Below, piece by piece: positions 1 through 15,279 of a DNA stretch of 64,000 nt; within the stretch, counting starts at the first letter, position 1, and the number at the start of each line of letters is the position of its first letter. The notes under the pieces are model-generated. The model searched no databases, was not told the DNA's origin, and was given only the letters and a program-made list of their open reading frames with translations. Position numbers and translations under genes: made by a program. The DNA comes from Eledone cirrhosa. Taxonomy: Eukaryota. The stretch spans positions 76,012,001 through 76,076,000 of the forward strand of contig OZ024743.1 of NCBI GenBank assembly GCA_964016885.1, read 5' to 3'.

Positions 1-341
1 ACACACACACATATACACACATATACACCATGCCCGGACACAAAACAACCAACCTCCCACTTTCACTACCTCCATCTCTCCCCACTCTCACCGCCCCACC
101 CACTATCACCACCTCCGTATCTCCCCCACTATCACCACCTCTATGTCTATTATCTCCCTTTGTTACCACTGTCCATCACTATATTACTGTCTAGTTCAAT
201 GACATCCACTCCACAACAAACAATACTAATATATTTTATAAGTCAACTTCATTTTTAAATTAAGACATTTACAGAGCAGTAAAATCATAATAACTTCAAA
301 CAACAAAGGCAGGTCAGACTTGTTTTCTATGATCAATGATG

Positions 342-397
<56 letters not shown>

Positions 398-439
398 ATG
401 TATGTATCGATATATGTTTGTATGTATGTGTTTTTGGAT

Positions 440-727
440 ATTTATGTATCTATGTACATTTGTATGTATGTAAGTTGAGTCACCTTAGAGTACTAACATA
501 CGTTAGATAGCTTGACAAATTGAAAATTGCGTCAGGTAAGCCTAGCCACATACATATTTCGTATCTCCAAAGAAATACGGTTTTAGGAAGCCGTAGCTAT
601 GCAAACACCGGGGGGCGGGGGGTTAAACGCCCTCTGGTGATGTCCAGCAGAATCTGCTGGACATCACCAGAGGGCATAGCTACGGCTTCCTAAAACCGTA
701 TTTCTTTGGTGATACGAAATATTTATG
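440..727 (-). mobile_element. Small PLE-type fold-back (hairpin) element with unpaired tail
   Basis: 552-727 is an inverted repeat (tttcgtatc.ccaaagaaatacggttttaggaagccgtagctatg ... gccctctggtgatgtccagcag AAT ctgctggacatcaccagagggc ...) with a ~28-nt extra segment in the left arm; it lies between microsatellites. Confidence 0.6.
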
Positions 728-766
728 CATATTATATAAAGCTATGCTTGAAGCGAAATCCTATTT

Positions 767-869
<103 letters not shown>

Positions 870-874
870 GGGGA

Positions 875-1635
875 GGTAGAACACTGCAAGGTAATATCCG
901 TAGTGGTAGAGCACTCAGTCCATGGGACGAGTTAGGTAGAAGTAGTAACACAACAGTTATTTCACCGTACCGAGAACAATTGTTTCACCTTAGCGGATCT
1001 TCAGCTCATACTGGTCATGGTTATACGGAACAGGAAGAGACAACCGTATGAACGCGCATGCGCAGAAACGGTCACTTTACCCAAGCGATACAAAGCCCCG
1101 GGCGAAAGGTGTAAGGGAGATAACTGCGAAAGTGCGGAAAAGGTGTTCGAGTTGATTAGAAAATTAGAATGTTGTTGTTATTCAATCCGGAGCTTTGTAG
1201 CTATGTAAGAGGTGTTTCGAGACATGTGGACAACGTGAGAAGATTTCATTTCTTGAATTTAGGCAATCGCTATTGCGTAATCTCCTTAGAATATTTATTC
1301 TTTCTTCAATACACAGTCGACAGGATGGATTGCCCCTTGCACTTAGTGATGGATTTCCATTGAATAGAGTAGTCTATACCTGAGTCCTTAAGGGACCATA
1401 CGTGGCCCGCGAGTTTCGTGGATGATCGTTTGTCCGGGTACCTAAAGGTCGACTGATGGTTCAGGAAGCGTTCCTTAAATCGGCTCTCCGCCATACCCAC
1501 ATAGGATTTGACCTCCTGTGGTTGATTTGGTCGGTTGGAAGTGACCACAATTTCATAAACTACAGCGGGTGTGTTGCATTGCTGTTGAAGGAGACAAGCT
1601 TCAGGCTTTCGGCAAGAGCATCCTGGTGTAACCAA
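875..1635 (-). mobile_element. Penelope-like retroelement 3' fragment: GIY-YIG endonuclease plus 3' UTR with hammerhead
   Basis: ORF 1306-1635 reads CSC..C..C...VVYE...YVG....FKERFLNHQSTF...TKLAGHVWSLK...IQWK, the PLE GIY-YIG signature; the same terminus recurs at 12237-12430 and 57225-57375. Confidence 0.9.
972..1007 (-). ncRNA. Type I hammerhead ribozyme (minimal, PLE family A)
   Basis: rc: GAG CUGAAGA uCC gcuaa GGu GAAA CAAUUG UU CUC; stem I GAG/CUC, palindromic stem III loop CAAUUG. Confidence 0.8.
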
Positions 1636-1639
1636 TTAC

Positions 1640-1800
1640 TTACCCCCTACTAACAACTCTCACTCAACGTTAAAACTAATGTAGGAACATTTTGTTTAGC
1701 CCTCTTAGATAGACACTTTCCCATAGGTCACAAATACCGCTCCATCTTTAACTGACAGAGTAAAACTAGGGTACTCCTGCGCTAAGAATATGAAGGTCTA
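1640..1800 (+). mobile_element. PLE RT C-terminal (thumb/linker) fragment, inverted relative to the adjacent GIY-YIG piece
   Basis: Frameshifted KTNVGTFCLALLDRHFPIGHKYRSIFN..KLGYSCAKNMK matches the PLE motif TN.G..FL.L....FP..H....IFN....K..YSC..N. Confidence 0.8.
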
Positions 1801-2350
1801 CAACACCATCAGTCCTAAGAGCGGCACTCCACCTTAGAGAAGTTGGCCTCAAATATTAGGTCTCAGAATGATCCCACAGTGTCACCGTGACCTCAAGGCA
1901 CAGGAGTAGGGTTCAAACTGTCTGATGAAGTGTTCCAGTCAGTAATATCGGGAGGAGTCTTTGCCTGTTATTAAAATGGGCGGGAGAGGGCGGTCTTAGA
2001 AATTGTCTGATGAAGGGTACCAGTAATTAAAAAGGAGAGGGGGCGTTCGGAAAATGTCGGATGAACTGTACAAATAATTAAAAGGGGGAGTCTTGCCAGA
2101 TTGATTATCCCTGTGAATTACGTTCTTTAAAAAAAAACAACAACCCAAAACTCAGAACATTCACCGTCGAAAACGAGGGATATCCGTAGCTCTCCATGCT
2201 GACCGTATTGCTGTGTGTCAGCTCAACTTGTCTCAACATGGACGGAATACAATGTCAGCAACAGATTTTCATGAAACATTGAACTGACAAACTTGTAGAT
2301 CTATAACAGGGGCGGATACACACACACACATGCACATATATATATATAGC

Positions 2351-2381
<31 letters not shown>

Positions 2382-2577
2382 CCACACACACACATATATA
2401 TATAGCCACACACACACACTCACACATATGTATATATATATATATATATATATAGTCACACACGTACATATACACACATATACATACACACATATACATA
2501 GTCACACACACACACATATATAGTCACATACATACACACACACACACAGACACACACACACACACAGACACACACAG

Positions 2578-2608
<31 letters not shown>

Positions 2609-2799
2609 ATCACATACATACACACACACACACACACATACACATATACATAGCCATACACACCGATACACACATAGGTGAAAATACACAAAGCGAAATG
2701 TTTCTATAGTAATGAGGGTTTTGTTTGACTCTGCACAATAGATTCTCTCTCTCATTCTCTCTCTCTCCCCCTCTCTCTCTCTCCTTCTCTCTCATTCTT

Positions 2800-2831
<32 letters not shown>

Positions 2832-2925
2832 ATTCTTTCTTTCTCTCTCTCTCTATCTCTCTCTCTCTCTCTCTGCTTTTCTCTTTCTCTCTCTCTCTCC
2901 CTGTAATTCTCTCTCTCTCTCCCCG

Positions 2926-3036
<111 letters not shown>

Positions 3037-3057
3037 GGTGTGGGGAGAGCATGAGTG

Positions 3058-3145
<88 letters not shown>

Positions 3146-3324
3146 CCTGGATATGTATGTCTGTATGTCTATGCTATATATGTGTATATCTGTATATATG
3201 TACCTGTTTCTACAAAGACTAATACAATGATAAAGAGATAAGACATTAAATAAGAGAAATTCATTTCAATATAGACGTGATAACATAAATATTGACAGTA
3301 TCAGAGATTGGTTCCTAATGTCAG

Positions 3325-5880
3325 ACCCCTCCAACTATACATGTCTCTCTCTCCTACATATACTCACATACACATACACCATACACCTACACACATACAC
3401 ACACTCACCATACACCTACACACATACACACACTCACCATTACACCTCCAACTATACATGTCTCTCTCTCCTACATATACTCACATACACATACACCATA
3501 CACCTACACACATACACACACTCACCATACACCTACACACATACACACACTCACCATTACCCCTCCAACTATACATGTCTCTCTCTCCTACATATACTCA
3601 CATACACATACACCATACACCTACACATACACACACACTCACCATTATACCTACACATACACCATTACACCTACATATACACATACACCATACACCTACA
3701 CATACACATACACCATTACACCTACACATACACCATACACCTACACATACACATACACCATTACACCTACACATACACATACACATACACCATACACCTA
3801 CATATACACATACACCATACACCTACACATACACATACACCATTACACCTACACATACACATACACTTACACCATTACACCTACACCTACACATACACCA
3901 TTACACCTACACATACACATACACCATACACCTACATATACACATACACCATACACCTACACATACACATACACCATTACACCTACACATACACCATACA
4001 CCTACACATACACATACACCATAACACCTACACATACACTATTACACCTACACATACACATACACACCATACACCTACACATACACATACACCATACACC
4101 TACACATACACATACACCATTACACCTACACACACCCACACACCTTTACACCTACACATACACACACACCATTACACCCCCACACACACACCATTACACC
4201 TACACACACACACACCATTGCACCTACACATACACACATACCATTACATTCACACACATACACACACACCATTACACCTACACATACACACACACACCAT
4301 TACACCTACACATACACACATACTATACACCTACACATACACACACCATTACACCTACATATGCACATACACCATTACACCTACACATACACATACACAC
4401 GCCATACACCTACACATATACACACACCATTACACCTACACATACACACACACACCATTGCACCTACACACCATTACACCTACACACACACCATTACACC
4501 TACACATACACACCATACACATACACACACACCATTACACCTACACATACACACACACACCATTACACCTACACATACACACACACCATACACCTACACG
4601 CACACACCATACACCTACACATACACATACACCATTACACCTACAGATGCACACACACCATTACTCCTACACATACACACACACCATTACAACTACACAT
4701 ACACACACCATTACACCTACACATACACACACACACCATTACACCTACACATGCACACACACACACCATTACTCCAACACATACACACACACACCATTAC
4801 ACCTACACATAAACACACACGCCATTACACCTACACATACACACACACCATTACACCTACACATACACACAGATCATTACACCTACACATACACATACAC
4901 CATTACACTCACACACATACACACACACCATTACACTTACACACACACACACACACACCATTACACTACACATAGACACATACCATTACACTCACACATA
5001 TACACATACACACCATTACACCTACACATACACACACATCATTACACCTACACATACACATACACCATTACACACACACACATACACACACACCATTACA
5101 CCTACACATACACACACACACACCATTACACTACACATACACACATACCATACACCTACACATACACACACACACCATTACACCTACATATACACATACA
5201 CCATTACACCTACACATACACATACACATACACACACCATACACCCACACATATACACACACCATTACACCTACACATACACACACCATTACACCTACAC
5301 ACACACACCATTACACCTACACATACACACACACCATTACACCTACATATACACCTACACATACACATACACACCATACACATACACACACACCATTACA
5401 CCTACACACATACATCATTACACATACACATACACACACACCATACACCTACACACACACCATACACCTACACATACACATACACCATTACACCTACACA
5501 TGCACACACACACACCATTACTCCAACACATACACACACACCATTACACTTACACATAAACACACACACCATTACACCTACACATACACACACACCATTG
5601 CACCTACACATACACACACATCATTACACCTACACATACACATACACCATTACACTCACACACATACACACACACCATTACACCTACACATACACACACA
5701 CACACCATTACACTACACATACACACATACCATTACACTCACACACATACACATACACACCATTACACATACACATACACCATTACACTAACACACATAT
5801 ACACCAATACACACAAACATTCACACAACAGAACACACACACACACAACACACATGCACCATTGCACACACACACACACA
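3325..5880. repeat. Compound CA-rich micro/minisatellite (acaccattacacct / acacat units; three ~117-bp units at the start)
   Basis: Direct tandem units visible; they give rise to the spurious His/Thr/Tyr ORFs. Confidence 0.95.
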
Positions 5881-5885
5881 AAGAA

Positions 5886-5926
<41 letters not shown>

Positions 5927-5950
5927 TATATAAATATATATATATATATG

Positions 5951-6017
<67 letters not shown>

Positions 6018-6770
6018 GCATATATATATATATACAATAAAATATGTCCATAATCAACCACACAAAAAAACAATTAAACCAGGCTATAAGATTAAAAGGC
6101 ACCTATGAAGAAATAATAGATAAATAAACGACAGACATCTATTCGCGATCAACAGCTATAGAATATTTACCCAGCATTTCAATAGCACGTGGAAATCGAT
6201 TAAATATATCGTCAACCATACACAGGTATAAAATCAAAGTTAGAAGAAAAAATGTATATAAAGATACCAAGATTACGTTTCTACCTCAAGGGATTTCATT
6301 CGCTTTTGGAAATATCCGATCAAGGATAAATTCACGAGCTTCGAAATCATCAGGAAACAAACTCACTTGGACGAAGATTTTTCTTAAATGATCCCCGCCA
6401 GAAACGAATTCAAAATAGCTAAGAACTGTTACGTGGTAGTGGTCAAATCAGAAAGAATGTGATTGGTGCATTACGGCGAGTGGGCTGGTTGCTAGAAAGC
6501 GCAGCCTAATATTGCCTAAATTGCATCTCAACCATATGGGAGATTATCAAATATAAAGATTTACATATACACAAACTAGACAAAGTCATAGATAGATATA
6601 TATATATATGTTTTTGGCAACCATTCACGATGTGGCTCAATGACGAATTAATTAATTAAACAATCAACAATCAGAACAATATACAATTTACATACATATA
6701 TACAATATATACAATATATATATATATACAATATACATATATACAATATACAATATACATACATATATAA

Positions 6771-6992
<222 letters not shown>

Positions 6993-7235
6993 GCTCACAA
7001 AAGGCCAGGTATAGACACACAAACGCACCTACATATACACACACATATATGTATGGTGTAGGTGGAACTTTCAATTTAGATATGACTTGTATTGAGTTCT
7101 TTATTCTGTGCAAGTTTAGTGGTGTGCATGTTTAGTGCACTTAAGCACACAAACCTATATAACAAGAATAATATACATATATGTGTATGTATAATATTTA
7201 TATAAATATATATATATATATACATGTATATATAT

Positions 7236-7276
<41 letters not shown>

Positions 7277-7294
7277 AACAAATATGTATGTATG

Positions 7295-7338
<44 letters not shown>

Positions 7339-7521
7339 TTAATTTTGTCTTGTCTTTTACTCCACGACTTGTGTCAGACGCTGTGATCCCGGGTGTACCA
7401 GTAACAATGTCGGTAGTGGTTGAAACTGCCAGAAAGTTCATCTTGACAGCTGAAGACCTTGGAGTTCTCTGTATTTCGTTTTGCCTTGTTTACGTTCGTT
7501 GCCTTCTCTTTGTTTAATTTC

Positions 7522-7981
<460 letters not shown>

Positions 7982-8062
7982 CGTTTCTGAATTTGTTTAG
8001 CAAGATTCTTTATCTGAAATCGTGTGTTGAAACCGATATTGTATATATATATATATATACCG

Positions 8063-8108
<46 letters not shown>

Positions 8109-8481
8109 CGATGTTGCATATATACTAGGAAAATACCCGTCATAAATGATGTGGTTTGTAGTAAAAAGAAATATTAAATTTGATAATTCCTTCATAACAA
8201 CATTCAGTATAAAGTTGCTTGAATCATTAATTTTTCTCTGTCTCCCCGTCTATGGCCCTATTAGATTTTACATTGATTTAAACCAACTACAATAATATTC
8301 CTCTATATTTTCCTTATATATCCAATAAATTATGATGTGATCTTCCCAAATATCATCTATCAATTTTATAATATAGTCAACAAACATACAAATCACAAAG
8401 AAATTAGAAACGCTACCGTCATTGATCTGTGTATATGACAACTTCATAGTTTTGACATAAAAACGGGGTCAGCACGCGTTA

Positions 8482-9350
8482 GGGGTTACATGCCAGAAGT
8501 CTTGAGACTTTTTGTTTCAGGCACTTTGAACTGATCTACATAATTGTCACTCTAATATCCTTGACTTCTAAACTATAATAAAGTAAGGAGTGCGGGACTG
8601 CGTACGGTTTATAATTTGTTATCCTATTAGTAAAATAAGTTGGATTACTTTGAATAAATAATGAATGAATATTACATAATTTAACTACTAAATTTCGTAG
8701 CTGTTGATTAAATATATTTTATTGTTTATTTAAAGATTCACTTCTTTAAAATTTTCAAATGTCAACACTTCCGGTTAGATCTCTTAAATAAACATTCATA
8801 TATTTCTGTCACTAATTTTCTCCTAATGCAGTTTATATATAATATCGTCTTTTTTAATGTATCGTGGATTACGTTACTGATTACATAAGACAGTGTAACG
8901 CAGTCTTCGTTCAATTTCTGTGTATATTGTCAATAACGATTTTATTTGATGTATCATATCTACATGTATATATACTTGCGTATAATATCAATATACGCAC
9001 TACACATGCTAGCAGAAAACCATCCGAAGGGTAATTTTTCTGCTAGTGGTTATAATAAGTTAATATACCAATTCCAGGCTTAGGCCCATGCCACTTCTGA
9101 ATGTTCCCGATACTGCAGGAGAAGCTCAGGAATATCCGCTTTGAAAATGTGGAAGAGCTGAAGGAGGTCATGACAAGCACCCTGGACACCTTCACTTTGG
9201 AGGACTTCAAGGAGGACTTCCAGAAGTGGCTGGAGTTCTACAACAAATGCATTAAAGTTGGAGGATCCTTCATTGAGGGAGACTAGAGCTTTGGGTTGAT
9301 CTGAGTTAAATGTCTCTGATAAAAATCTCAAAACCTCTTCAGTGTATCCC
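8482..9350 (+). mobile_element. Tc1/mariner remnant (transposase C-terminus, degenerate TIRs)
   Basis: PGLGPCHF*MFPILQEKLRNIRFENVEELK...FQKWLEFYNKCIKVGGSFIEGD resembles the mariner PDLAPCDF.LF...GG.YFEG C-terminus; gggttaca..gaagtcttgagactttt (8482) is roughly the inverse of aaaatctcaaaacctcttcagtgtatccc (9350). Confidence 0.85.
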
Positions 9351-9472
9351 GCAATCTCATTATTACACAATTTTCTGTAGTTAAAGATACGGTGAAAGAT
9401 GCTAAATCGATTAAATTTTCAAATTCCAATCGCCACCGTCTTCTAAACCACGTGATTTGTTTACACCCCCTC

Positions 9473-9537
<65 letters not shown>

Positions 9538-10141
9538 TAAAGTGGTCCTTCATCAGTGATCTTCCAACCATCACAGGTATTTCTTCGCTTTAAAGACCAT
9601 ATACCTCTGGTTGGTGCGAGCAACGGCTAAAAAAAGTCGTTGGGACACATAAATAAAGAGAACAGCGAGAATGTAAACAAACAAAGATGGTGAAGCAACG
9701 AGAAGTGAGGAAGAACGAGTCAAGTCCCAAATTTCCATGAATATAAGTTCGGTGAAATCGTGAACGAGAGAGAATAAAGACCATCAAACCTGGTTGGAAT
9801 GTGAGCAAGGAGGGAATTCCGTACAGGTCTAACGGGAGCAAGAAGGAATCTAGTCTGTGAATTCGGTGAACATAAGTTCTGTGAAATCGTAGACGAGAGA
9901 GAGAAAAAAGGCGAACAAGCCTGACCAAGCGTGCGAAAGAAAAGAATTACGCACAGGTCAAACGGGAAGAAGGAGGAGGAGGAGGAGAGGTAGTAACAGA
10001 GAGTGAGTGAGTGAAGGGTGAGGAAGAGGCTAACAGAGAGAGTGACTGTTAGAGAGGGTAAAGCTACAGAGAAAGAGGAAGCAGTAAGAACGAAATAGAC
10101 GGGTCACAGCGGTATATATATATATATATATATATGTATAT

Positions 10142-10368
10142 TTGCACCTAGAAAGTTCCCCTCCGAGGCACAAGTCCAAGCAAGGTTGTTTGTGGAAGGC
10201 CAGTAGTTGCCCATGTATACCAGTCTCTCCTCTCCACGCCACCGATGTTGTCCAAGGGAAAGGCAATGGTCGATACAGCTTGGCACCAGTGACGTCGCAA
10301 CTCATTTCTACAGCTGAGTGAACACTAGAGTAATGTGAAATAAAGTGTCTTCCTCAAAGACACAACGT
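10142..10368 (-). mobile_element. SINE family B, 5'-truncated
   Basis: Matches 38680-38985 and 52735-52870 (aagacactttatttcac..gctc.agt..actcagctgtagaaatgag ... cttgtgcctcggaggggaactttctag). Confidence 0.85.
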
Positions 10369-10473
10369 ATCAATATATATATATATATATATATATATAG
10401 TAATAATAATAAATTTGAAGACTAAAATCCAAGGGTGAAAGCAACGATTCTTTGCTTAAACTTTAATCTGTTA

Positions 10474-10551
<78 letters not shown>

Positions 10552-10556
<5 letters not shown>

Positions 10557-12237
10557 CAAAATATTAACAAATGAAAATTATTCTCATAATCAAAATATAT
10601 ACTTTATTATATATATTTCAAAGGTACTGTGTTGTTTTTTCAGTACGTCCTCATCAGACAAAATATATGATCTGATATATGACATACCGCTACGGTCTTG
10701 ATTATTCAATTCCACTATTGGCAGTGATTTATTTCATCAAATCTCACCGTTTATATACTACAAATAATATGATAATCTTAAAGAAGAAAAGGACGTAGAG
10801 CAAATTAGAGATATAAGAGAAGGTGTAAAGAAGAGAAAATGCAAGAAAAAAAAATACTTACATAAATAGATAAATGAATAAAAAATAAATAAATGGATGA
10901 ATGAATAAAAGAAATATATAAAAAAAAAAGAAAAGAGGAATATCGACAAAAGAGAGGGAAGGTGCGGGGAAAGTTAAAGGAACGAAAGGGGGGTGGGGCG
11001 TGGTTAAGAAAAAAAAAGGGAACATCAAATAGAGGGGATAGAGGAAAAAACAGTTGTTTTCAAATGTTAGATCAAATAGGACATCTAATCAATTCACATA
11101 AACAATTGAATATCTCTTGTATTTGATTATGCTTTAGCTAATTATACTTATATATTATATCAAAATTAATCAGTATAGATTACTTTCTATAACAATCACA
11201 TATTCAGTTTAATTAAGAATTTATATAATTTAATTTAACTCATTATAAATTATTATTTTTAATTTTAAGGTAAGATATTCTATAAATATTTTGTTACAAC
11301 TTTAAAAGAATTAATCTTTAAAGCGTATTTAAATAATAATTATTAATAAATATGTATTAAAAGATAATACCATGCATATATCACCATCAATACATATAAT
11401 ATATTTAGATCATTTATTACCCAAATTATTTAATTTAATTATGATATTATCTTTATAAAATCTTTACTATTCTTTAATTTTCATTTAATTCCTAGGATTA
11501 AACTGCAGTTATATTTACTCTCAAAAGTTTTATTTCATTAATTTAATGAAACGTTATATTTACTTCTGTATTTACTTATTTTGATATGTAGTTTCCTTTT
11601 AATGATAGTCTTATATTATTAATCTACATGTTTCATATCTACGGTAATATAATTTAGCAAGGTAGTCAAAAAGAAAAGAGATTTTTACGGACAATGTAAA
11701 CAAAAGGAAAATAACTCATTCACCATATACAAACATTTAAAACTTATATCTACTCTCACGTCCAGCGATATTTCAAAACCATAAATCATCTATTGTCTAG
11801 TTAAATATTGAACTGTCCTAATCAAAACATAGGGTAACGAGACTCTTAATGAAATCATTCTAATACATATAAATATCAATAAATTCACAATATGGCAAAA
11901 CTTATATATATATTTAAATTATTAATTGTCAATATTTTTTCGAAACTTGTACATTGCTTGGAAAGTTTTATGAATTTTATGGTGACAACTACTAATAATT
12001 CATTTTTTTGTTGTTGATTAAATTGTTATAATTATCTGTAGAGTTTCAAGGTTACAAAGATTGCAATTTTCGAAATAGTTGAGTTCTGATAGGAATTAGC
12101 ATCCTATAATTTTGCCCAAGAGATGGAGTATTTAATATTATTGTCCTTTAAAAACCATCCTAATTATGAAAGTGAAGTTGAAAATTTCTTATCTGGTTTA
12201 CTGAAAGAGTGTCTATGATTATATCAACGTTCCTTAA
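10552..12237 (-). mobile_element. PLE 3' portion (GIY-YIG C-terminus, long AT-rich UTR, hammerhead); same family as 27150-31057
   Basis: Reverse complement aligns with 29290-30960; 11940-12237 encodes degenerate KER*YNHRHSF...STSLS...CNLCNLETL...CHHK. Confidence 0.85.
10603..10662 (-). ncRNA. Type I hammerhead ribozyme (PLE family B)
   Basis: rc: UUUGU CUGAUGA GGAcGUACUG aaaaaacaaca CAGUACcUUU GAAA UAUAUA UA AUAAA. Confidence 0.8.
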
Positions 12238-12318
12238 GGTAATATCCGTAGTGGTAGAGCACTCAGTCCATAGGACGAGTTAGGTAGAAGTGGTAACACA
12301 ACAGTTAGTTCACCATAC

Positions 12319-12356
12319 CGAGAACAATTGTTTCACCTTAGCGGATCTTCAGCTCG
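12319..12356 (-). ncRNA. Type I hammerhead ribozyme (family A copy)
   Basis: rc: CGAG CUGAAGA uCC gcuaa GGu GAAA CAAUUG UU CUCG. Confidence 0.8.
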
Positions 12357-12437
12357 TAATGGTCATGGTTATACAGAATAGGAAGGACATGTATATTTGT
12401 GTGTGTATGTACATATATAGATGTGTGTCTGTGTATT

Positions 12438-14349
12438 ATTAACAGAGTGGTTAGATTTAAAATTAACATAATTTAGATTATCATTGTTTTTATGGTAAGG
12501 GTATGACACTGGCCTATATTACCCTTACCATAAAACCAATGAGAATCTAAATTATGTTAATTTTAAATCTAACCACTCTGTTAATTTCTCTAATCGTAAT
12601 TGTAATTGCCCTGTTAGAACTAAATGTCCTCTCAATAACCATTGTCTTGATAAAAACTTAGTCTATGAATGTAAGGTTATAATTGATACCAATTCCTTTA
12701 CCTATCTTCAAATCTAGATTTTATAATCACAATTCGTCTTTTAAATACCAACTTAAAAGAACTAACACGGCACTCTCAGAACTCATATAGTCCTTGAAAG
12801 ACAAAAATATTAACTATAACATCTCTTGGAGAAATGTTTGTTCTGCCTCTCCCTACTTGAATGCCTCCCTATCCAGAACATGTAATCTTTGCCTAGCTGA
12901 GAAATTTACTATTATATCTAATTTCAATTCTATAATAAATAAACGCACGGATTTATTTTCTCTCTGCTTGCATAAATTCCACAGAACATTCCATAAAGTA
13001 TACATACATCTAATACCTTACTAGTTTAAAATCTTTTTTCTCAAACGCTTATATATCTTTTAAAAATATACCCATCTTTCTACCTTATTTCAATATTATT
13101 TATTATATATTATATAATACAAGTTACTCATTCTATATCATTCCTCTTTATCACTTTTCTTTCTTCCTCTTTTCATTTTAATTTATAACCTCTAATCTGT
13201 ACCTTTTCTTCCTAACTACTTCTCAATTCTTATTATTACTCACCACAACATTATCCATTCTTCCATCTTTCCTCATATCATTGGCCATAAAAATTATTAT
13301 TTTTTAAATACATTATAGTATTACCTTTAATAGTCTTTCGTAAACATAAACATTTTTTTTGACGTTAGATTTTTCTTCCTTAAATTTCTTTCATGCTCGT
13401 TTGACTTTTACATATTACAATAGATAAAAACAAACTTAAACCCTAACTAATTTCTTTTAATATATTATATTATTACCATTAGAAACTATTTCGTAAACAT
13501 ATATATTTTTTTATGTTAGATATTTTCTTCCTTAAACATTCTTTTCTTCTTTGCCTTCTGCGCTCATTTTTAAACAAACTATTTACGTACACATATTACG
13601 CATACATATTACATTACATAAAAACAAATTTAAACACTAACTAATTCCTCTAAATTCATAACTCATTCATTCTGCTCCTTCTTTTCGCATTATATCCTTA
13701 ATAACATTAATATTTTTATTTTAATAATACATATTAATAATTATTTTCCTCGCACATATTATTAAACCCTTCAATATACAAACCTTAATTTAATATTATT
13801 CTTAATTCCTTTTTCTCTTCATGCATAAACTTCATTAACTTTTAATTTCAAATTCTTTTAAATTATCTATTACCTTCCAACGGCTTTTTAACTTCTCTCT
13901 GTGAGACAATATATATTTTTTCTCAGTTTTAAAGGCTATCTCTCCCTCCCTCTCTATCACCCATCTCTCCTCCTCTCTCCTCCTTCCTTCTTATACTCTT
14001 CCCCCACAATTCTTTACTCTCATCTCCTCCTCTTCCTTACCTTCCCCCCCACTCACTTTTTCCCAATCTCATACATCAATCTTAAATTATTTTTCATATG
14101 TTGATTTAAAACTTCACTATTCAGAAGTGTTTTTTAAGCTTCATATCATGTATCCTTATTTTATCTGATGAGAACGCAGATATCATCCCATGATGATATT
14201 TGTTTTTGAAATGCGCATAATAAAATACTTGGAACTCTTTTAACCATCTTTTGATCTTATATTATTTATACTCCAGTCCTACAAACTGTAGAGTGCTACT
14301 TATCCGATATTTGCATTGCTTTATTGTACTACAATAAAACTCACCTCCT

Positions 14350-14350
<1 letters not shown>
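12438..14350 (+). mobile_element. 5'-truncated PLE (GIY-YIG, 3' UTR, hammerhead, tail) with a fold-back at its 5' end
   Basis: NCNCPVRTKCPLNNHCLDKNLVYEC...T.LSELI*SLKDKNINYNISW...CNLCLAEKFTI...NKRTDLFSLCLHK; ~67-bp inverted repeat at 12438-12583. Confidence 0.85.
14157..14227 (+). ncRNA. Type I hammerhead ribozyme (family C), intact core
   Basis: UAUUUUAU CUGAUGA (~16-bp stem II gaacgcagauaucauc/gaugauauuuguuuuu) GAAA UGCGCA UA AUAAAAUA; perfect 8-bp stem I, palindromic loop III. Confidence 0.88.
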
Positions 14351-14392
<42 letters not shown>

Positions 14393-14464
14393 CCCACTCT
14401 CAAGAGCGTGTAACTAATAAGCCTTTGTTTGTACTGTCTCTCTGTTTTGTTCCCGTTCCATTTT

Positions 14465-14536
<72 letters not shown>

Positions 14537-14705
14537 CATATATACATATATATACAAAGAGGTGATAGGAAATAGAATAGCAGTGGAAGGAGGAATAGGA
14601 CCCGAGAGAAGAGATGTGTGTATCAAAGTATTGAATACGTACAAACAATAGCCAAGTTTCAACTAAATGAGCACAAATTTGATGTAAAACTTATTGCTTT
14701 TGTAG

Positions 14706-14794
14706 ATCGTCCAGAACACTGAAGACAAATTCTGTAATGTAAAACCATTCTCATTGAGGAATGTAAACACCATGGTGTATATTCTGACAGGTTG
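14706..14794 (+). CDS. Candidate internal exon (89 nt; IVQNTEDKFCNVKPFSLRNVNTMVYILTG), product unknown
   Basis: Flanked by ttattgcttttgtag| and |gtgagt in non-repetitive sequence; only one frame is open; no recognised homology. Confidence 0.3.
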
Positions 14795-15279
14795 GTGAGT
14801 TTTATATTAGCTGACTAGGTTGTAGACAGACAGAAATAGTTTTCAGAGCAAGTTTGGGGCGTTAATACCTTATGAAACTATTTCGAATACAATGTGAAAT
14901 GTAAAATCAGTTGTTAGCATTAGTCATGAAGTATATAATTTTATTACACGTTAACTGACGGAAATCTATGTGAAGTTAGATAGGGCAAAAACTCGCGATT
15001 CTTTTTCTGGCTGATTTTTATGAGATTTTTATAGATGTTTTCAAAGAAAGGATATTAAAGAAAAGAGGGCAGGGAACTCTAGTGATCCTTTAGATAATAC
15101 AATCACCATGACTGAATTATGGTAGGATAGTTGATGTTTAATATATTTGTGGCAAATTAATAAGCAGTAAGAAATACCTGAGGGGTTTAGTTAGTTGAAG
15201 AGAGGAATGCTGAGGTAAAATATACAGTAGGGAACCTGAGAGAAAAGACTAAAGTTAGTGAAGAGGAAAGGTTTTAGAG

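Noticed and set aside
1918-2075. Repeated tgtctgatgaa motifs as hammerheads
   Set aside because: No convincing stem II or stem I pairing around a downstream GAAA.
3318-5933. 871-aa His/Thr/Tyr ORF and the many YI/CV/HT ORFs
   Set aside because: They are translations of microsatellites, which lack stop codons by composition.
9541-9560. CUGAUGA half-motifs at ~9550 and ~47175 (minus strand)
   Set aside because: The GAAA/UH half is missing or truncated, so they are not counted as ribozymes.
12598-13024. Selenocysteine (UGA-for-Cys) recoding reported for some PLEs
   Set aside because: The conserved Cys positions in the visible fragments use TGT/TGC.
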